Shown here: positions 61,552 to 64,000 of the stretch, one piece after another
Numbering within the stretch: the first letter of the stretch is position 1
How the letters are laid out: the number at the start of each line of letters is the position of its first letter
Assembly: GCA_035063585.1 (NCBI GenBank)
Contig: JAPSGB010000006.1
Location: forward strand, 64,001-128,000
Length of the DNA: 64,000 nt
Direction of reading: 5' to 3'
DNA from: Polyangiaceae bacterium
Lineage (GTDB): Bacteria; Myxococcota_A; Polyangia; Polyangiales; Polyangiaceae
Made by a program: the position numbers and the translations under genes
The notes under the pieces: generated by a model
Seen by the model: the letters and a program-made list of their open reading frames with translations, nothing else
Database searches by the model: none
Told to the model about the DNA's origin: nothing

Positions 61552-62783
61552 CGTGAACCCTTGGATTTTCCGCGGGCAGGCGGCGTGAGCGGGACGCAGC
61601 TGAAGCGACCACGTGCTCCGAGCGAGGTGCCTCCGACCGTGAGCGAGAGCCGCGCGAGGCGCGACTCGAAGAGGCGCTCGCGCGCCGCCTGCTCGGGCCC
61701 CGCGAAGAGGACGGGCTCGCTCGCGAGGATGTGATACGGGCACGCCTCGACCTCGCGCCGGCCGTCTCGGTGGAAGGTCAAGCGCGCGAAGAAGCCCATA
61801 CCCGTGGACTCGTAGTCTCGGTGCATGCCAAATACCAGGTTGCCGAGACTGTAGAACACCGGCCGCTCACCGAACCACCCCACTCCGTGCGGCACGTGCG
61901 GGTGGTGACCGATGATCGCGTCGACGCGCGCTCGCATCACCGCGCGGACGAAGTCTCGAGTCCACTGCATCGGCAGATCCACGTACTCGGCGCCTCCGTG
62001 GTACGCGACGAGGACGAGGTCGTTCTCCTCTCGCGCCCTCGCGAGCGCACGCTCGAGCGCGTAGAACGCCGCCCAGGCCACATGGAACCGCCCCTCGTGC
62101 TTCTCGATGGGGGGCTGATTCCAGATGTGCGTCACGGAGAAGAGCGCGATCTTCCAGCCCTTCACGCGCAGGATGCGTGGGTGATACTGCTGGTTCGGCT
62201 GGCGACTCACCCCGGCGTACGCCACACCGACCCGGTCGAGGTTGTCGAGGGTCTCGAGCATGGCCTTCTTGCCGTAATCCCAGATGTGGTTGTTCGCGAG
62301 CGAGACCGCGTCGATGCCGGCGCGCGCGAGCACGTCCGCGCCGCCGGGCGGACCCGTGAACACCAAGGCCTGCCCGGGCTTCGCGGTCTCGCCGTGCTGA
62401 TCGCTGAGCGGAGATTCCTGGTTTACGATGCGCAGATCCGCCGCGGCGAGCAGGGGCGCGACGCCGCGGAACGGGTCGTAGCTCGGGTCGCGGAGGATCC
62501 GCTGGCCGGTGCCGCGCCCGAGATCCACGTCGCCGCCGGCGAGGATGACGATCGACTCGGCGGGCTCCGCCTCGGGCCCCGCGGGAGCCGGCGTCGCGGG
62601 AGCGGCCTCGGGCGGCGGGCGCGCGGCGCGGGACGACGGCGCGCTCGGCGAGGCGGACGCCGCGCTGCCCGCGGCTCGAGTCGGCTCCGAGTCGTTCGAC
62701 CGGCAAGACCACGCAGCCAATCCCACCACGTGCACGCACACCGCGAGCACGGCGAGAGCGGGGCGGTTCCAGGCGGCGGCCAT
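61548..62783 (-). CDS. CapA (PGA_cap) family metallophosphoesterase, exported
   Basis: AGGDV, NQESP, SLANNHIWDYG, HGGAE, GHHPHV, YSLGN. Confidence 0.9.
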   Translation of the reverse strand: MAAAWNRPALAVLAVCVHVVGLAAWSCRSNDSEPTRAAGSAASASPSAPSSRAARPPPEAAPATPAPAGPEAEPAESIVILAGGDVDLGRGTGQRILRDPSYDPFRGVAPLLAAADLRIVNQESPLSDQHGETAKPGQALVFTGPPGGADVLARAGIDAVSLANNHIWDYGKKAMLETLDNLDRVGVAYAGVSRQPNQQYHPRILRVKGWKIALFSVTHIWNQPPIEKHEGRFHVAWAAFYALERALARAREENDLVLVAYHGGAEYVDLPMQWTRDFVRAVMRARVDAIIGHHPHVPHGVGWFGERPVFYSLGNLVFGMHRDYESTGMGFFARLTFHRDGRREVEACPYHILASEPVLFAGPEQAARERLFESRLARLSLTVGGTSLGARGRFSCVPLTPPARGKSKGSR

Positions 62784-62938
62784 CCGAGCGGACGAGCAGT
62801 CTGGCAGAGAAGCGCCGTGACGGAATATTTCTCCGGGACCCGGGCGCGCGGGACGGCGCGGCGCGCGGCGCGGGTCGCCCTCGGGGGACCGGCGTACCGG
62901 CTCGACATCACGATAATTCGCGGCTAAGCCCCCTCGTC

Positions 62939-64000
62939 GTGAAGATCGCCGTGGTTGGGACGGGATACGTCGGGCTGGTGGCCGGCGCGTGCTTCGCGGA
63001 CGCCGGGACCCAGGTGATCTGCGTGGACGTCGACGAGGCGAAGCTCGATCGCCTCCGAGCCGGCGAGGTGCCGTTCTTCGAACCCTTGCTCGAGGAGCTC
63101 GTGAAGCGCAATTGGCCTCAGCGGCTCGAGTTCAGCTCGCACCTCGCCGACTCGATCCGGGGCGCCGCGGCGGTGTTCATCGCGGTCGGCACGCCGCCCA
63201 GCGAGGACGGCTCCGCAGACCTCTCGCACGTGCTCAAGGTGGCCAAGGATGTGGCCACGGCGGCCGAGCACGAGCTGTGCCTGGTGCTGAAGAGCACCGT
63301 CCCGGTCGGGACCAACCGGCGGGTGCGAGAGGTCGTGAAGGCGCACGCGAAGCACCCGATCCACGTGGTGAGCAACCCTGAGTTTCTGAAGGAGGGCGAC
63401 GCGATCAACGATTTCTTGAAGCCGGATCGCGTCGTCATCGGCACCGACGACGATCGCGCCTTCGAGACGTTGTCGCGGCTCTACGCGCCGTTCATGCGCC
63501 AGCGAAACCGGATCCAGCGCATGGCGCCCGAGAGCGCCGAGATCGTGAAGTATGCCGCGAACGCTCTCCTCGCCACCAAGATCTCGTTCATGAACGAGAT
63601 CGCCGGCCTCTGCGAGGTGGCGGGCGGCGACGTGGAGGACGTGCGGGTGGCGCTCGGCTCCGACGAGCGCATCGGGTTTCAGTTCCTCTACCCGGGCCTC
63701 GGCTTCGGCGGGAGCTGCTTCCCCAAGGATCTCCGGGCGCTGGTCCGCACCGGGAGCGAGCTTGGCACGCCGATGCGCATCGCGGAGGCGGCGGTCGCCG
63801 CCAACGAGATCCCGGTGCCGCGACTGGTCGGACACATGGAGCAGGACCTCGGCGGGCTCGACGGCAAGGTGATCGCGCTCTGGGGTCTCGCCTTCAAGCC
63901 GCGCACCGACGACGTCCGCGAGTCCGCTGCGATCCGGCTCGCGGCGAGCCTGGTGGAGAAGGGCGCGACCGTGCGCGCCACCGATCCGCAGGCGCTCGAG
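62939..64000 (+). CDS. ugd: UDP-glucose/GDP-mannose 6-dehydrogenase (3' end outside window)
   Basis: Manual translation from GTG 62939: VVGTGYVG, IAVGTP, KSTVPVGT, SNPEFLKEG, KYAAN, GFGGSCFPKD, GLAFKP. Confidence 0.93.
   Translation, partial: MKIAVVGTGYVGLVAGACFADAGTQVICVDVDEAKLDRLRAGEVPFFEPLLEELVKRNWPQRLEFSSHLADSIRGAAAVFIAVGTPPSEDGSADLSHVLKVAKDVATAAEHELCLVLKSTVPVGTNRRVREVVKAHAKHPIHVVSNPEFLKEGDAINDFLKPDRVVIGTDDDRAFETLSRLYAPFMRQRNRIQRMAPESAEIVKYAANALLATKISFMNEIAGLCEVAGGDVEDVRVALGSDERIGFQFLYPGLGFGGSCFPKDLRALVRTGSELGTPMRIAEAAVAANEIPVPRLVGHMEQDLGGLDGKVIALWGLAFKPRTDDVRESAAIRLAASLVEKGATVRATDPQALE

Noticed and set aside
61548..62783. Poly-gamma-glutamate capsule locus
   Set aside because: capB and capC absent; CapA-domain proteins are widespread on their own

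Overview
Very GC-rich, gene-dense bacterial chromosome segment. It is most consistent with a myxobacterium (Polyangiales-like); this is inferred from the many Gly/Ser-linker and Cys-rich lipoproteins, the GRP-ferritin-like protein and the TIGR03960/TIGR03936 fusion. About 50 CDSs are supportable, mostly housekeeping or envelope functions: pit plus DUF47, a B12 radical SAM, an M15 peptidase, ettA, pntAB, a PAS hybrid kinase, queD, tamB, an ABC1 kinase, a LeuA-family synthase, corA, a Na+-type hppA, a CapA/FGE-like/phosphoethanolamine-transferase-like operon and ugd. A roughly 4.7 kb patch (about 23.7-28.4 kb) holds decayed IS, toxin-antitoxin and lipoprotein fragments. I saw no rRNA, tRNA, CRISPR array, integrase or reverse transcriptase. 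The best leads are: (i) a two-hairpin minus-strand RNA with a C-rich terminator loop behind a Spy/CpxP-like gene (candidate sRNA); (ii) a GPI-ethanolamine-phosphate-transferase-like operon; (iii) a PrsW homologue lacking most catalytic residues, coupled to a zinc-ribbon membrane protein; (iv) an exported 24-Cys/diiron ferritin-like lipoprotein; and (v) widespread leaderless-type promoters. All family assignments come from recognising motifs by eye, not from database searches, and several start codons are best guesses.
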